From Lama glama (Eukaryota), in contig CM052832.1 of assembly GCA_028534125.1 (NCBI GenBank), forward strand, positions 16,556,001 through 16,620,000: 64,000 nt of DNA, written 5' to 3'. Shown piece by piece: positions 1 through 12,654 of the stretch (position 1 is its first letter; every line of letters starts with the position of its first letter). A program made the translations under genes and the position numbers. The notes beneath the pieces were generated by a model, which was given only the letters and a program-made list of their open reading frames with translations, was not told the DNA's origin and searched no databases.

Positions 1-2510
1 ACAAAAACCAGCTGGAGAGTTTTTACTACCTGTATGCCCAGGCCATGGCCAAAACCAATTGAATCCCTTGGGTTGGACCCAGACCTCCAAATCTTTTAAA
101 GCTCCCTTAGGTGATTCTAATGCACTGGCAAGTCTTAGAACCACTGGTCCAGCCCATAATTTGAACCTAATGGTACCCAGCATGCCCTGCCTTGAACCCC
201 ATATGACCATCATATACTCCCCTCATTAGACAATGAGCCACTCCAGGACCAGGAACTGTGTTCATTTCATCTTTGTCTTCCTACAAATGCTTCTTCAAGT
301 TGAACTCTGCCTACCATTACTAAGCATTCCGCTAAGACCCCTATCCTACACTTTTTCTGTGGATGGAAATGTCATGCATTAGGAAGTTCTAACCATTTCT
401 TAGATTTTACATCCATTTTTACTAGTTAATTACTTTGAGCATCATAATTTATTTAGCCAGTCAGGGATTGGGTCCTGTACCCATTCTCAGCTAAAGATAA
501 GAAGGATAGTGAGATATAGAGAGGCAGATGGAACCCAGGTCTCCTGACAGCGGGTCCCAAGCACCTTGCTCCACAATGTCAACCCTCACTGGAGGACTTC
601 TAGCTGTGGCAGTGCCAGCAAACTGTGTCATTCAGTTCATCCCACCAAAAAAAAAAAAAGACTCAATACTTTAATATTAATAATATGCCAGATTTGTTGC
701 ACAGCACCTAGAGATGATTGTAATCAGAGATAAAGCCAATGTTATTCATTCTGGGGTGGAAGAGGCCCTGATGGTACAGGGTTCAGGGTTGGGGCTGCTC
801 CCCGCCCCACCCACCCTCCCCTCCCAGGTTGTCTTTCGTACAAAGTGTTTTCCCTGCCCCACATGCTCCTTCCAGCCCCCTCTGCTCTACCCCATAAAAG
901 GCATTTTCTCCCTCCACTGTCATCTTTGTACCCCTGGACTCACAAACATAGTGGCGTCTTTATCTCCGCATATTTTTGGCTTCACCGCTGAGTCCAGAAA
1001 TGAAACTGAGCGGATGTTCACATCACCGAAGGCGGGACTTTGCAGGGAGGCCCTGGAGTGTTTTCAAGTCTGCGGGGCCAGAATTCACAGGGAGGACTGG
1101 AAATCACTCATTCCCCAAACCTTGAAGGAAATAAAAGTTGTTCACTGATATAAAAGAATAATAAAGGAACTTATGTGCAAGTTGGGAGGGGAGCGAGCTG
1201 CATTTAGGTTTCTGGTTCTCAAACTAACGGTTGTGAAAAAGAAGACCTGCCTGAATTCGGAGTCGGTAGAGCCGGAAGAAGGACCTGGAATCAGACTCAT
1301 TTTAAACAACATCCGGGTTTATTCTGAGACGTGTTTATGAGGAAATGCTTCTTCCAGCCACCGCCCCTCCCCACGCTGACCCCCCAACCCCCACCCCCAC
1401 CCCGGGCCCCACCCTTCGAGTCTAAGAACAAAAATGACTTCCCGTTTTCCCCCAGCCTCTCGTTCCCACCCCAGGAAGCAAGGGGTCCCCTCGGAAAGTC
1501 CCCTTTGAATCCGTCTCTGCCTGTCTGGTTGAAAATCAATGACTAAGAATCCAGGAAATAACCACCGAGGTTCTGCCTACTTCCGTGGGGAACGTAATTT
1601 AGACCTGGTGTGACTTCCATCTGAGACTGGAGTGACTTCACTGAAAGGATCCAGTAACAGCGGGTCCAGGCATAGCTTACAAATTGCCCTGGCGACGTCT
1701 ACTCGCCTGTGGGTACCTGACCTGTAGGTGGACGCAGTCACCTGCGTTAGCTGGTGGGGCTCCAGTGTGCAGGGGATAAGATGTAAGTGAGACTGGAAAA
1801 GGGGGGAAAGGGAGGGAGAAAGTGTTGAAGAAAGGAAGCGTGAAGAACAAGGATGAAAGCTACAGGGGAAATATATTTTTAAAGATTTTTTTATTATTTC
1901 TAACTTTTGTATTTATTCTTTATCTAATTCTGTCATTTATTAAAATGTATCATAACTGCTCTCCCTCTGAATACACAGACAGCTATTACTCTTGAGTAAT
2001 AGCTGGACCACTTGAGAGTAAGTTGCAGACATGGGGACTCTACTTCCAGATGTGCAGGGTGTAAGCTCTTAGCAACAAGAACAAGGTGTTTTCTTTGGTT
2101 GGTTGGTTTACATAACCAAAGTACAGATTCCAAAGAGGAGGATGGTTTTAAAACCGACTTGGTTGGGACACACTTTACATACACTATAATGTATCTATTT
2201 GAAATGCACAGCTGGTTGAGTTCTGGCAATTTTATACATCGATGTTACCATTACCACAGTGAAGATAAAGAACATTTCCATTGTCCCCAAAAGAAAGGTC
2301 ATATGATAAAATTCTAAATGGCCATTTTAAGGAGTAAAATAGATTTTAATGTATTGCTATGAAAAGATGTGTCCCATAGACTTTTAAGCTTCTTTAAAAG
2401 GTTGAGAATAATAATACTGAATAATAACGCCACTGAGATCACTTACAATTTTTTTTTCTTAAATAAGGGAAAACCTGGAATATTTCTCAGCAATGTTTTT
2501 GATCGCTGAG
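1..2510 (+). repeat. Segmental duplication, copy A (paralog of 21678-23523)
   Basis: Colinear similarity by eye: about 1-790 with 21678-22505 and 1675-2510 with 22510-23523. Shared blocks include CAGGGATTGGGTCCTGT, GAGGCCCTGATGGT and ATCTATTTGAAATGCACAGCTGGTTGAGTT. Confidence 0.9.
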
Positions 2511-3029
2511 CTGGGGAGGATGGAATATGTCAAAGTTAAGACACCACAAAACAACCGAGTTTCTGTTGCCTTTTTCTATTTTTAGCTTTTTCTTAGTCGC
2601 TGTAAATACTCCATGATTTTCCTGGGTTCTGATAGACTTGATTCTGACTGCTGTTACTAGTTTTTTCATTGTTCTATGTGAGCACAAGTCTTTCAAGTTC
2701 CCTAAACCACTATTTTCTCTGATGTCATCCCCTTCAAATTTTTTTTAATTGTGCTTTTGCATCACCATACCTGGTCTTTTAAGGACTTGCAGGAATAGCT
2801 GGAATAGCTATTTTTATACTGGGTACTTTAGTAGCTATTTTATTCTGGCTACTGTGTATACAGACTGGAATCTGAGTAAAAAGAATCAAGGTCTCTCCAT
2901 CTTCATGGATGATATAGCCTAGGTAGGTGTAGGAGGCTGTGTGAAGAAATTATAACACAACATATTAAGCATTTTATTTATCTTATAACTGTGCTTTTAA
3001 CTCCACATTTATATTTTATACAGTATTTT

Positions 3030-3166
3030 TTTAGAGTCTTTTTTTTTTGAGGGGGTGGTAATTACGTTTATTTATTTATTTATTCTTAGAAGAGGTACTG
3101 GGGATTGAACCCAGAACCCCATGCATGCTAAGCATGTGCTCTAGCACTTGAGCTATATCCTCCCCC
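3030..3166 (-). mobile_element. Vic-1-like tRNA-derived SINE
   Basis: Reverse complement has GATATAGCTCAAGTGCTAGAGCACATGCTTAGCATGCATGG...GGTTCAATCCCCAGTACCTC plus an (AAAT)n tail. Confidence 0.85.
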
Positions 3167-3692
3167 AGTATTTTATACAGTATTGATTTACATGTACTTA
3201 ATCATTACCAATTAATTTATCTGCTTGCTTTTATACCTCTATGACCTCATAAACATCTTTAGAGTAGATATTTTACTACTAAATCAACAATTTTATTTAT
3301 ATAAAAATATTTTTTTAACTTATACTTGAAAGAGAGATTTCTCAGTCTCAAATTCCTAGTTTGATTTTGCTTTCTTCACCTTTGACGATGTTATTTCATT
3401 GTCTTCCGGCTGTCATTCCTGACAGGAAGAAGCCACAATCTAAACATAGTTCCTTTCTAGATCTGTTTTTCTTCTGTGGCTACTTTTAAGATTATCATTT
3501 GTCCTTATCATCTGATGTTCCAGTGAAATATGTATGACTCAATGTGGATCTCTTTTCATTCTTACCACTCTGTATACATTTCCTTAATCCTTAGCCATCA
3601 TCTCTTATACAATGCTTCCCTCCACATACTCCCCTTTCACCTTTTAGGACTTTAAATAATGTTATATTTCTTCATTGAATCACCATATATGA

Positions 3693-3876
3693 TGTAGCAG
3701 GCAGAATAACAGCCCCACAAATATGTCCAAGCTCTAATCACTGGAACCTATGAATATGTTGCCATACACAGCAAAAGGGGTTTTGTAGATGTGACTAAAA
3801 GCATGAATGGAGAATATCTTGACTATTGGGGTGAGTGCCTAATCTTTTAATGGGTCCTTAAAAAGAGAAGAGGACT
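3693..3876 (+). mobile_element. MaLR LTR (MLT1-like) 5' part
   Basis: TGTAGCAGGCAGAATAACAGCCCC...GAACCTATGAATATGTT...GGGTCCTTAAAAAGAGAAGAGG resembles the MLT1 consensus. Confidence 0.65.
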
Positions 3877-4130
3877 AGGGGGTGGGAAGGGATAAATTTG
3901 GGAGTTCTAGATTTGCAAATATTAACTACTATATATAAAAATAGATAAAAAACAAATTTCTTCTGCATAGCATAAGGAACTATATTCAGTATCTTGTAAT
4001 AACCTTTAATGAAAAGAATATGAAAACAAATATATGCACATATATGTATGACTGGGACATTATGCTGTACACTAGAAATTGATACATTGTAACTGACTAT
4101 ACTTTAATTAAAAGATAAATTTTAAAACAC
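3877..4130 (+). mobile_element. 5'-truncated L1 3' end
   Basis: GGGATAAATTTGGGAGTT...GGAACTATATTCAGTATCTTGTAATAACC...AACTGACTATACTT; flanked by GAAGAGGACT repeats. Similar to 14375-14560 and 30915-31260. Confidence 0.75.
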
Positions 4131-4569
4131 TGGAAGAGGACTGAAGAAGTGTGGGTCAGATGGAGTGTTGCATTTCATCTGCAGTAATTTCTATATCTGC
4201 TAAGATATAATTTTCCCTTTTTTATTTTTTAAGTAGTGAATTGCATCAAAAGATTTAAAGTTGAAATATCCTTGTATTTTTGGGATAACTTAGTCAAATT
4301 ATTTAACTGCTTAGTACATTGTTGGATATACTCTACCATTCTTCTCACATCTACTATCTTATAAGTGATTTTCCTATGCCTTTTTTCTTATGTGTTCCCT
4401 GATTTTAGGTTTTATGTTATTCTTAACTAATAAAATGATTTGTTTGGCTTTTCCCTATATTTTTCATTCTCTTGAATATTTTATGTAGATCAGGAGCTTT
4501 CCTTGAAGGTTTGGTAAGGCTTACCTGTAAAACATTTTGGATATGGTTGAAGGGAAACAGAAATTTTTT

Positions 4570-4667
4570 CAGGCTTATTTATTTTTTAATGGAGGTACCA
4601 GGGATTGAACCCAGGACCTTCTGCTTGCTAAGCATGCCCTCTACCACTGAACTACATCTTCTCCCTG
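4570..4667 (-). mobile_element. Vic-1-like SINE
   Basis: ATGGAGGTACCAGGGATTGAACCCAGGACC...CTCTACCACTGA: tRNA A/B boxes on the minus strand. Confidence 0.8.
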
Positions 4668-5874
4668 GGGAATTCAACTTCTTTAACTTATTTACCTGCA
4701 GTAAGTCTTTTCCATTGACATCAATTTCTTCATAATTTTATGATTGTTTAAATCTCTCCTATATCTGCGGTGACATATTTATCTCAGACAACTCTGTTTT
4801 GTTCTTAATTAATTTCACCTTTTTCTCTTTTCAAAACTGCTAATTGAGGACTGAGTAATCAGCAGTGGCAGATGCCAGGGAATCCTTGGAGAGTGGAAAG
4901 TTACATTGCTGTCACTGCCACTTTGTACAGGGACTTCACGAGCAAACCTTGTGGTGCTGGGGAGAGGCTAAGTGACACCTTCCATCAATTCACATCCCCC
5001 ACCCAATTACAAGCAGCCTCCACCACATGCTTACCCTCTTCTGGGCATACACCCCCGCACACCCACATCTTTACCCACTCTGCTAATAGCAAGTGGTCCA
5101 TGAACACATCTCTCCCTCACCTGTTTTCCAACTTTATTTTACTGAAGTTCCTGACCAGCCAGTCAATCCACCAGCTGCTCCTATGCATTACTTGGGGGGA
5201 TCATTTCACACTCTCCACCTCCCAGGGGCCTGTTTGGGCTTTGATTCCTAGAAATTCAGAGTAAGAGTAAGCAAGTAAGCCTCTACCTTGGGTGTCATTT
5301 ATTAGTCACTTGTTCTTTCAGCCAAACCCGCGTGCCTACAGTGTACCAGATCAAGGGCTAGTCACAGATCTTTGCTGTAAGAATTGAAATTTGACCTTCT
5401 TTTTCCATCCTTCGTCCCCTGAACCTGAGCTCTCTTCCTAGATTAGGAGAATGCCATATGAACAGAGTCTTGGTAGGAGGCAGAGACCGCTTCCTTCCAT
5501 AAAAGAGGAAAGTCCATTTTCCGAAACATTCTTGCAGGTGGACAGAGCAGGAAGCTCAGGCTCCACCATGCAGGTCAGATTCTTCTCAGGACGTGGTGAC
5601 ACAGAGAGGCTGGAACTGTGCATAATGCATTCGGCGAGGGCAGTACAAACGGGAGCTACACAGCATCCAGCTGTCAGGAGCCGTAGTGACAGCTGTCCTA
5701 GCCACAGGGTCCATGTCCAGCCTGAGGGGTTCTCTGGTGTGAGCAGTGACATCTGTGCCCAGCAGCAGGGACAAATGTTCCTATGTGGGACCCAGCCTAG
5801 GGTGGATATTGTGGATTCTGTTCCCATGCAGCCTCAAGCCTGGCTCTGTGGCCTTCCCAAAATAATATGAGGCT

Positions 5875-5990
5875 GGGTGGGGGATATAGCTCAAAGGTGG
5901 AGTGTATGCCTGGCGTGTATGATGTCCTGAGTTCAATCCCCAGTGCCTCTGTTAAAGGAAAAAAAATTATTTTTTAAAATAAAAATAAAT
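5875..5990 (+). mobile_element. Vic-1-like SINE
   Basis: GGGGATATAGCTCAAAGGTGGAG...GTTCAATCCCCAGTGCCTC plus an A-rich tail. Confidence 0.75.
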
Positions 5991-6749
5991 AATTTTATGC
6001 CCCATATCAGATATACATACCCCCCACATACATATAGTACTTTATGCTTAAATTAGAAAAATTTTAGATTCTATTGTTTGCTCCAAGAGTGAATGAGAAC
6101 TCATTCTGGAGAATAATTTCAAAGAGCAAGAATTCAGAGTTTTTCATTATACTGAATTATAAACCACTTCCTAAATCTTCCACCTGACTATGCCCCATGG
6201 TAGAGAGAACTACATGTATATCCCAACGTCACATCTCATAATTGACGATATAGCTACTCCCTTTTCCTTCTGAAAGAAAAAGAAAAAAATCCTTTAAATG
6301 TGGATTTAAGACCCCTTTCTGGGCATTCTCTATCCCTAACCTCGATGGTTCCCAACTGGCTGAGCACCAGGATTGTTTGTGCTGCTTTTTCCAAAATGCT
6401 CGGGCCTCTCCGCAGAACCCCCTTCTCAGAGTATTCGGCACAAGACCAAGGAATTGCTTATTTCACAAGCCCTTCCTGTGAGGCTGATGTCCAGCCACAT
6501 GGGAATCCTGGTCTATGTTACTGCTATCACATGTGTGATCTGAAGACCAGCAGCATCAGCACCACCCTTGTGAATCTAGAATCTCAGACTCGACTCCAGA
6601 CTTTCTGAATCTTAAAAATATGTCCAGGGGTTTCCTGTACAAAGGAAAGACTGGGACTCCAGGATCTTCGTGCCTTGTAGACCCGGAGCCAGAATGGTGG
6701 AGTCTGCTCAGATGTGTGGTCTGATCAGATCCCACAGCGTTGGTGGTGG

Positions 6750-7920
6750 GGAGGGTCCAGGGTTCAGTTCTGTTCCTTCCTCTTCTACAGCCATCACTGC
6801 CTTCCTTGGTGGCCTCATCAGCTCTCAAGGCTTTAAATATCATTTCTATGGCATCATCCCCCAAATCTGTTTCCCCAGACCAGACATTTCTCTTAAACTC
6901 CAGACTCATCTGTTCAACTGCCAATCCAAATACCTGACTTATATTTCTGATAAAATCTCAGCTCCAACATTTCTTAAACCAAATATTCATAATGCACTCC
7001 CCCTCAAAAAATATGCCCTTTTGTCTTCCATATCTCTGCTGACAGTAATTCCATCTTTCTACTTCCATAGTCCAAAATTAAGGATGTCCTCCGTGACTCC
7101 TCTTTCTCATACGCCAGATTTAATCCTTTAGGAAATGCTGTAAAGTCCATCTTCAGAACGTATCCAGAATCCAGTCACGTCCCACTGTATCTACTGCTCA
7201 CACATCAGTCGAAACAATGGACATCTCCAGTCTAGACACTGAACTAGTTTCCCACTGCTTTCCCTACTGCCCCACTCACCCCTTGCCTCACAATTCTGTT
7301 CTCAGCACAGCAAAGTGATCCTTTTAAAGGAGAAGTCATACCATGTCCCTCTTCTTAAAACTGTCTTAAAACTCCCATCTCACTTGGAGCAAAAGTCAAA
7401 ACCTTTCTAATATCTTCCAGGCCTACATGATCTGGCCATACCTCTGACCGCCTCTCAATATATCTCTGCTCCAGTCATATTGGCCTCCTCACTTTGCGCA
7501 CAACGCACAGATGTGCTTCTGCCCTGAAGCACTTGCCTGGAGGTTCTCCCTGCCTGGAAAGAACTGCCCCCAGACATCCTCAGGGATGATTCCTCATGTC
7601 CTTTAAATCTTTCCTCAAGGTCACCTTCCAGTGGGACCCACACTGATCACTCTAGTAAAATAGCCACCTCCCTTGTCCCCCCACCCCCGTCCCCACACTC
7701 TGGATTGCCTTCCCCCTGCATCTTTTCCTTAGCACTTATCCCTTTGTAACAGAACACTTTCCTCATTTACTATGCTGATAGTATGTAGTCTGTCTCTTCC
7801 CAATAGAATATATGCTCCACAAGGCCAGCAATTTTTCTGTTCTGACTTCAGTGATGTTTCCCAGATGCAAAATCTCACTCATCTAACTGGCATACAACTG
7901 ATATCAGTTGAATGAATGGT
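6750..7920 (+). mobile_element. L2 LINE 3' fragment
   Basis: Typical L2 3' motifs (CTCCAGACTCAT, GTGATCCTTTTAAA, GCTCCACAAGG) ending in GTTGAATGAATG. Confidence 0.65.
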
Positions 7921-8137
7921 CAATGTAAAGCATCTCCCTATTCTAAAGATAATATCTTTATTAATGTAACCTCAGGCCAAATGTTGGTTTGTAGCAGCTA
8001 CAGCACAACATCTACTCACATTGACATCAATTGCATTTGAACTTTTCTCATAAGTGCTGCTCTCCCCTTCCCCACAACTAACCCTCCTTACACTACATCA
8101 CACAATTACAGTTTTCTTTTCAGAAAACAATGATCCT

Positions 8138-8290
8138 GGGGGAGGTATATCTCAGTGGAAGAGTGCATGTTATCCATGCAGGAGGTCCCAGGTTCAATCC
8201 CCAGTACTTCTGCTAAAAAATAAATAAATAAACCTAAATTACCTCCTCTTCCATACACACAAAATCTAAATAAATGAAGTAGTTAAAAAA
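8138..8290 (+). mobile_element. Vic-1-like SINE with TSD
   Basis: tRNA-like head, AAAT tail, flanking AATGATCCT direct repeats. Confidence 0.85.
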
Positions 8291-9114
8291 AATGATCCTT
8301 GACTTATGGGTCCTATTTTCCAACTAAATATAAACCTAAATTAGACTCTGCTGTATAAATCCATGCATTTAGATTGGAGCACTAGGATTACTAGAGCTAA
8401 GGGCAGGGAGAGTGGCTGGGCAAGCAGAGCAGAACTCCAACAGGAACTTACCTAAGATGAGAAATTATGGTTTCCCTCCTTTCTGCTAATACCAGAATCT
8501 GGTTCCTTTGAGGAGGCTCGGGGAAGTATGGAAAGAACAATCAAACCCTAGAAGGAGGGCAAGAGCTGGATGAATCTGAAAATTCATCTCTGGATACCAC
8601 AGAGTCTCCTATGTGCAGATACACAGCCTTGGGCTTTGTGGGGACAATGACAGGCAAAACGACTCCTCCAGCTGTCAGAGATGGGGGACAACAGGAGGAG
8701 AATGATACACAAATCAAGGCAACAACCTCTATAGAAACAAAGAAACAACAAATAAACACCCAAAAGGTGGGAGCTAAGGCTAGGCTAACCTGGCCACATA
8801 AAGCCCTCACTGGCCACGGTCCTAGAGACAAACAAGGTCCAGGTAATGTCAGCCCCTGTGGTCACAGGTCCTGGTGGGACAACGTTCTACTGAAGGGACA
8901 AGGACACACGAACAGCAAAGATGACCCACCCCAGCAGTAACCACTTCAAAGCCCACAATGGACTGAGTACTGACTGGGCACAGGCCCTTTCGACACTCGG
9001 CTCCTCATAGCCTCCTCCTGCCCCACCTGCAACAGAGTCAGCAGAGCAAACATGTGGCTTCTGGAAGGTTTTCAGCACATACATTTCCTCTCTCAAACTT
9101 TAGGAATCCTCACC

Positions 9115-9178
9115 TTTATTATCCCATCAACAAATCATGGCACCATTTAAAAAAAACAAATTCACATCCAGATTTATT
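9115..9178 (-). terminator. Candidate polyadenylation signals of the class I gene
   Basis: Minus-strand AATAAA at 9173-9178 and 9115-9120, about 300-350 nt after the stop codon. Confidence 0.6.
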
Positions 9179-9469
9179 TTCATTAGGAAAGTAAGACATT
9201 ATTATAAAATGCAGCACAAAGTTAAGACAGGGATGGAGACGGCCCAGCCCCACCTCTGCTGGAAAAGGAAAGTCAACCAGGGAAGAGAACACAGGTCAGG
9301 GTGGGGAGGGGTGTGGGGGGCAGGAGTGGGCCAGTCTCCCCACCTCCTCACATTGTGCTAATAGGAGCACAGACACATTCAGGTGCAGCTGCAGAAACAG
9401 GAGTCAGGGGATCTGAAGTCACAAAGTGAACACATCGTGTATCAGTCAGTCCCTCACAAGGCAGCTGTC

Positions 9470-12400
9470 TCACACTGTGAAAGAAAAGAATCAGGAACCG
9501 ATTCAGGTCAGTCATGGAAGTGCTGACATTCTCAACAGCCCTCCACATGCTCAAAATGTCCCACTCTGAGAATCCCCACACCCACAGTATCCCCTCTGCC
9601 CCAACCCCTCTCCCAGTCTAGGGCCCCCAGTGTCTCACCTCTGGGATCCGTGAGAGACACATCAGAGCCCTGGGCACTGTCACTGCCTGGGGGAGAACAA
9701 AACCAGGACGTGGTCAGAACCCACAGGAGAGAAACTAGAGAAGGAACTCTGAGGGGGTGAGGTCCCCCCATGGCCTCTCGGCTCCACCATCACAAGGGTC
9801 TCAGGAACCACACTCACTCCATACTTACTTGCAGCCTGAGCATAGCTCCCTCCTTTTTCACCTGTAGGAAGAAAACATCATGTGAGAGGCCAGGGAAGAA
9901 GCAGGGTCATGAGGTCTTAAGGAATGCCCTGGTCCTGGCCCCCAGAGTAGTTTCCAGAACTGTGATCTCAAATCCAAGACAGGATCAGGAAACATAAGGA
10001 AAGTACATGTTTGGTGACTGGACCAACTGCCCTCCTGGAGGTCTGTCCTCAGCATCAACCTTTCCCTCTATTTTGAGACTGCTGGGAATCAGGTCTCCAT
10101 CACGAGATTCATCACAGTGAATAATGTGTCCTTCATTTTCATATATGCTTTAGTAAGGAATGTTAGCAGATAGGGACCCACACTGGGAAAGCACATGTGT
10201 GGGGATGGTACTTCCCATTAACGAGGCAGGCAAACATCTACCTGGGCTTGAATCACCCCCGAAGTGAGACTAGAAAGCTCAGCTCCCCTTCCTTATGTAC
10301 CTGAGCGCCTCTTCCTCCAGATCACAAATCCCGCCACCACAGCTCCAATGACCACAAAGAGAACCAGGCCAACAATGATGCCCATGATGGGGACGGTGGG
10401 CTGAGGAGGTGGCTCTGCAAAGAGAAGGGAAGGGGCCCAACCTCAGGCTTGAGTCCCGACCTTGTTGAAGGTCTTCAGAAGGGCTTCCGCTATACCTGAG
10501 AAGAAGGTCCACCCCCGTCTCCCTCCTCACCCCATTTCAGGGTGAGGGGCTCCTGAAGCCCCTCGTGCTGCACGTGGCACGAGTATCTCTGCTCCTCTCC
10601 AGGAGACACCACCAGGGCCACCCACTTCTGGAAGGTCCCGTCCCCCGCAGGCCTGGTCTCCACGAGCTCCATGTCCTGGGTCTGGTCCTCCCCATCACGC
10701 TGCCAGGTCAGTGAGATCTCCGCAGGGTAGAAGCCCAGGGCCCAGCACCTCAGGGTGACCTTATGGTCAGAGATGGGGTGGTGGGTCACATGTGTTTTTG
10801 GAGGGTCTGAGGAGAAAGGTGAGGGAATTTAGGAACTTTGTAGTAACTCCCATGGGCCACATGAAGCAGGGCTCATGTGACCGTTGTGAGAATAGAGAGA
10901 ACAACTGGGGTGTGGGAAGGAAGTGCAACCCAGACACCAGCCTGGACACAGGCATCTGGGATAATTTCTTATTCTTCAGAAATTTCTGGAATGAGTGAGA
11001 TAGCCCAGGATGGGAGGCAGGTCTCTGAGGCCAAGAAAAGGAATTTCTGGTCCTGGATTGAGGGGAGGCCCAGAGACTCTGAAAAGCTGGAGTCAGATCT
11101 CCAACACCCTGAGTGTAGGACAGAGAACAAGGCTTGAGAGAGTTCCCCAAGGTTCCCAGAGCCACTGCCAGAGTCAAAGAAACCGCTGGTAAGTTGTTTC
11201 AGAGATAATCTTCCCCTCCATCCCCAGAACAGATAGATCCCTTAACTGTCTACAGAGAAGCGCGAGGCACTCTTTGGTACCCAGTCTGAGCACTTGGTCT
11301 GGATTCCTACATCTCCCCATGAATAGGAGAGGCGGTATTCTGGCGTCGATCCCGTTTTCCTCCCCAGCACAGGGACAACAGTCCTAGCCAGACGAGAGAT
11401 CCAGTAGGCACCTGCGTCCCCTGGTACCTGCGCGCTGCAGCATCTCCTTGCCGTTCTCCAGGAATCTTAGGAGTTCCTCCACACATGCCCCGTCCAGGTA
11501 GGCTCTGTTCTTCTCTGCCTCACCGGCCGCCTCCCACTTGCGTTGGGTGATCTGAGCCGCCGTGTCCGCCGCGGTCCATGAAAGAAGATCCTGGTTCAGG
11601 GCGATGTAATCATCGCCATCGTAGGCGAACTGATTGTATCCGCGGAGGAGGCGCCCGTCCAGCGCAGCATCGCATCCACAAAACCACTGGTAGGTGTGAG
11701 ACCCTGACCCAGCCACTGAAATTAGTCCCGCCCACTTGGCCCCGCCCCCTAAGGAAGTCTCCCGGCTGTGACTGGTCAGAGCCTTTTCAGAATAAAGGGA
11801 AAACTAACCCAAAAGAAACCTCGCGGGCTCTTATCGGAACACTGGGCAGATAGGCGGACCCCGGGATGAGGCTTGGACCCGGAAACTCGGGGCCACACTG
11901 GGGGAGCAGGATCCTGACCTTGACCTGGTTCCGCATTGCTCACCGGCCTCGCTCTGGTTGTAGTAGCCGCGCAGGATGTTCAGGCCCAGTCGGAACGTCT
12001 GTGCAGAAACTTTGACATTCTGTGTGTTCTCTTCCCAATACTCCGGCCCCTCCTGCTCCGCCCACCGCGCCTTCGGCTGCATCCTCGGATTCGCGGCGTC
12101 GCTGTCGAACCGAACGAACTGCGTGTCGTCTACGTAGCCGACGGAGATGAAACGGGGCTCCCCGATGCCCGGCCGGGACATGGCGGTGTAGAGATACCTC
12201 AGGGAGTGGGGGCCTGGGGGCGGGGAGGGGTTGAGATTCGACCCTCCTCCTGGCGGGGGTCTCTGGGTCCCAGGTGGTGGGGCCAGGAGGGCGGACGGGG
12301 CGAGGGGCTCGCAACACGGAAAAGGGGCGGCACGAGACCTGAATGGGTGAGAGGATTCTGTGGGAAACAGGAAGGGACAGGGGAGGATAGGGACAGGGCG

Positions 12401-12588
12401 GGGCCGAGGTGGATGCTGGGGCAGAGCTGTGGAGACGCGCCTTCCCCAGGGGTCCTGCGCCCCCACCGGGCCGCCCCCTCGCTCCTCCCCAGAAGAGGCC
12501 GTTCCCTCCCGACCCCGCGCTCACCCGCCCAGGTCTCGGTCAGGGCCAGGGCCCCCGAGAGCAGCAGGAGGAGAGTTCTGGCCGTCAT
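9470..12588 (-). CDS. MHC class I heavy chain, 8 exons, 361 aa, probably non-classical (class Ib)
   Basis: Exons spliced by hand, all GT-AG: 12588-12525 (leader [21 protein letters not shown]), 12213-11944 (alpha1, 270 nt), 11703-11428 (alpha2, 276 nt), 10806-10531 (alpha3, 276 nt), 10414-10301 (TM), 9861-9829, 9686-9639, 9474-9470 (V-stop). Total 1086 nt, open frame. C101/C164, the alpha3 cysteines and the N86 NQS sequon are present. Confidence 0.97.
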
Positions 12589-12654
12589 GACCCGCCTGCT
12601 CGGAATCCGAGGAGATCCTGAGTGGGGAAGTTGAGGGGGGTGGGGCGTCCATAC

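Noticed and set aside
5438..5870. Overlapping 129/139-aa ORFs as a possible MIC or other exon
   Set aside because: No Ig or MHC motifs and no supportable splice structure.
5875..5950. tRNA-like sequences here and at about ten other sites
   Set aside because: Dispersed, diverged, with A-rich tails and TSDs: SINE heads, not tRNA genes.
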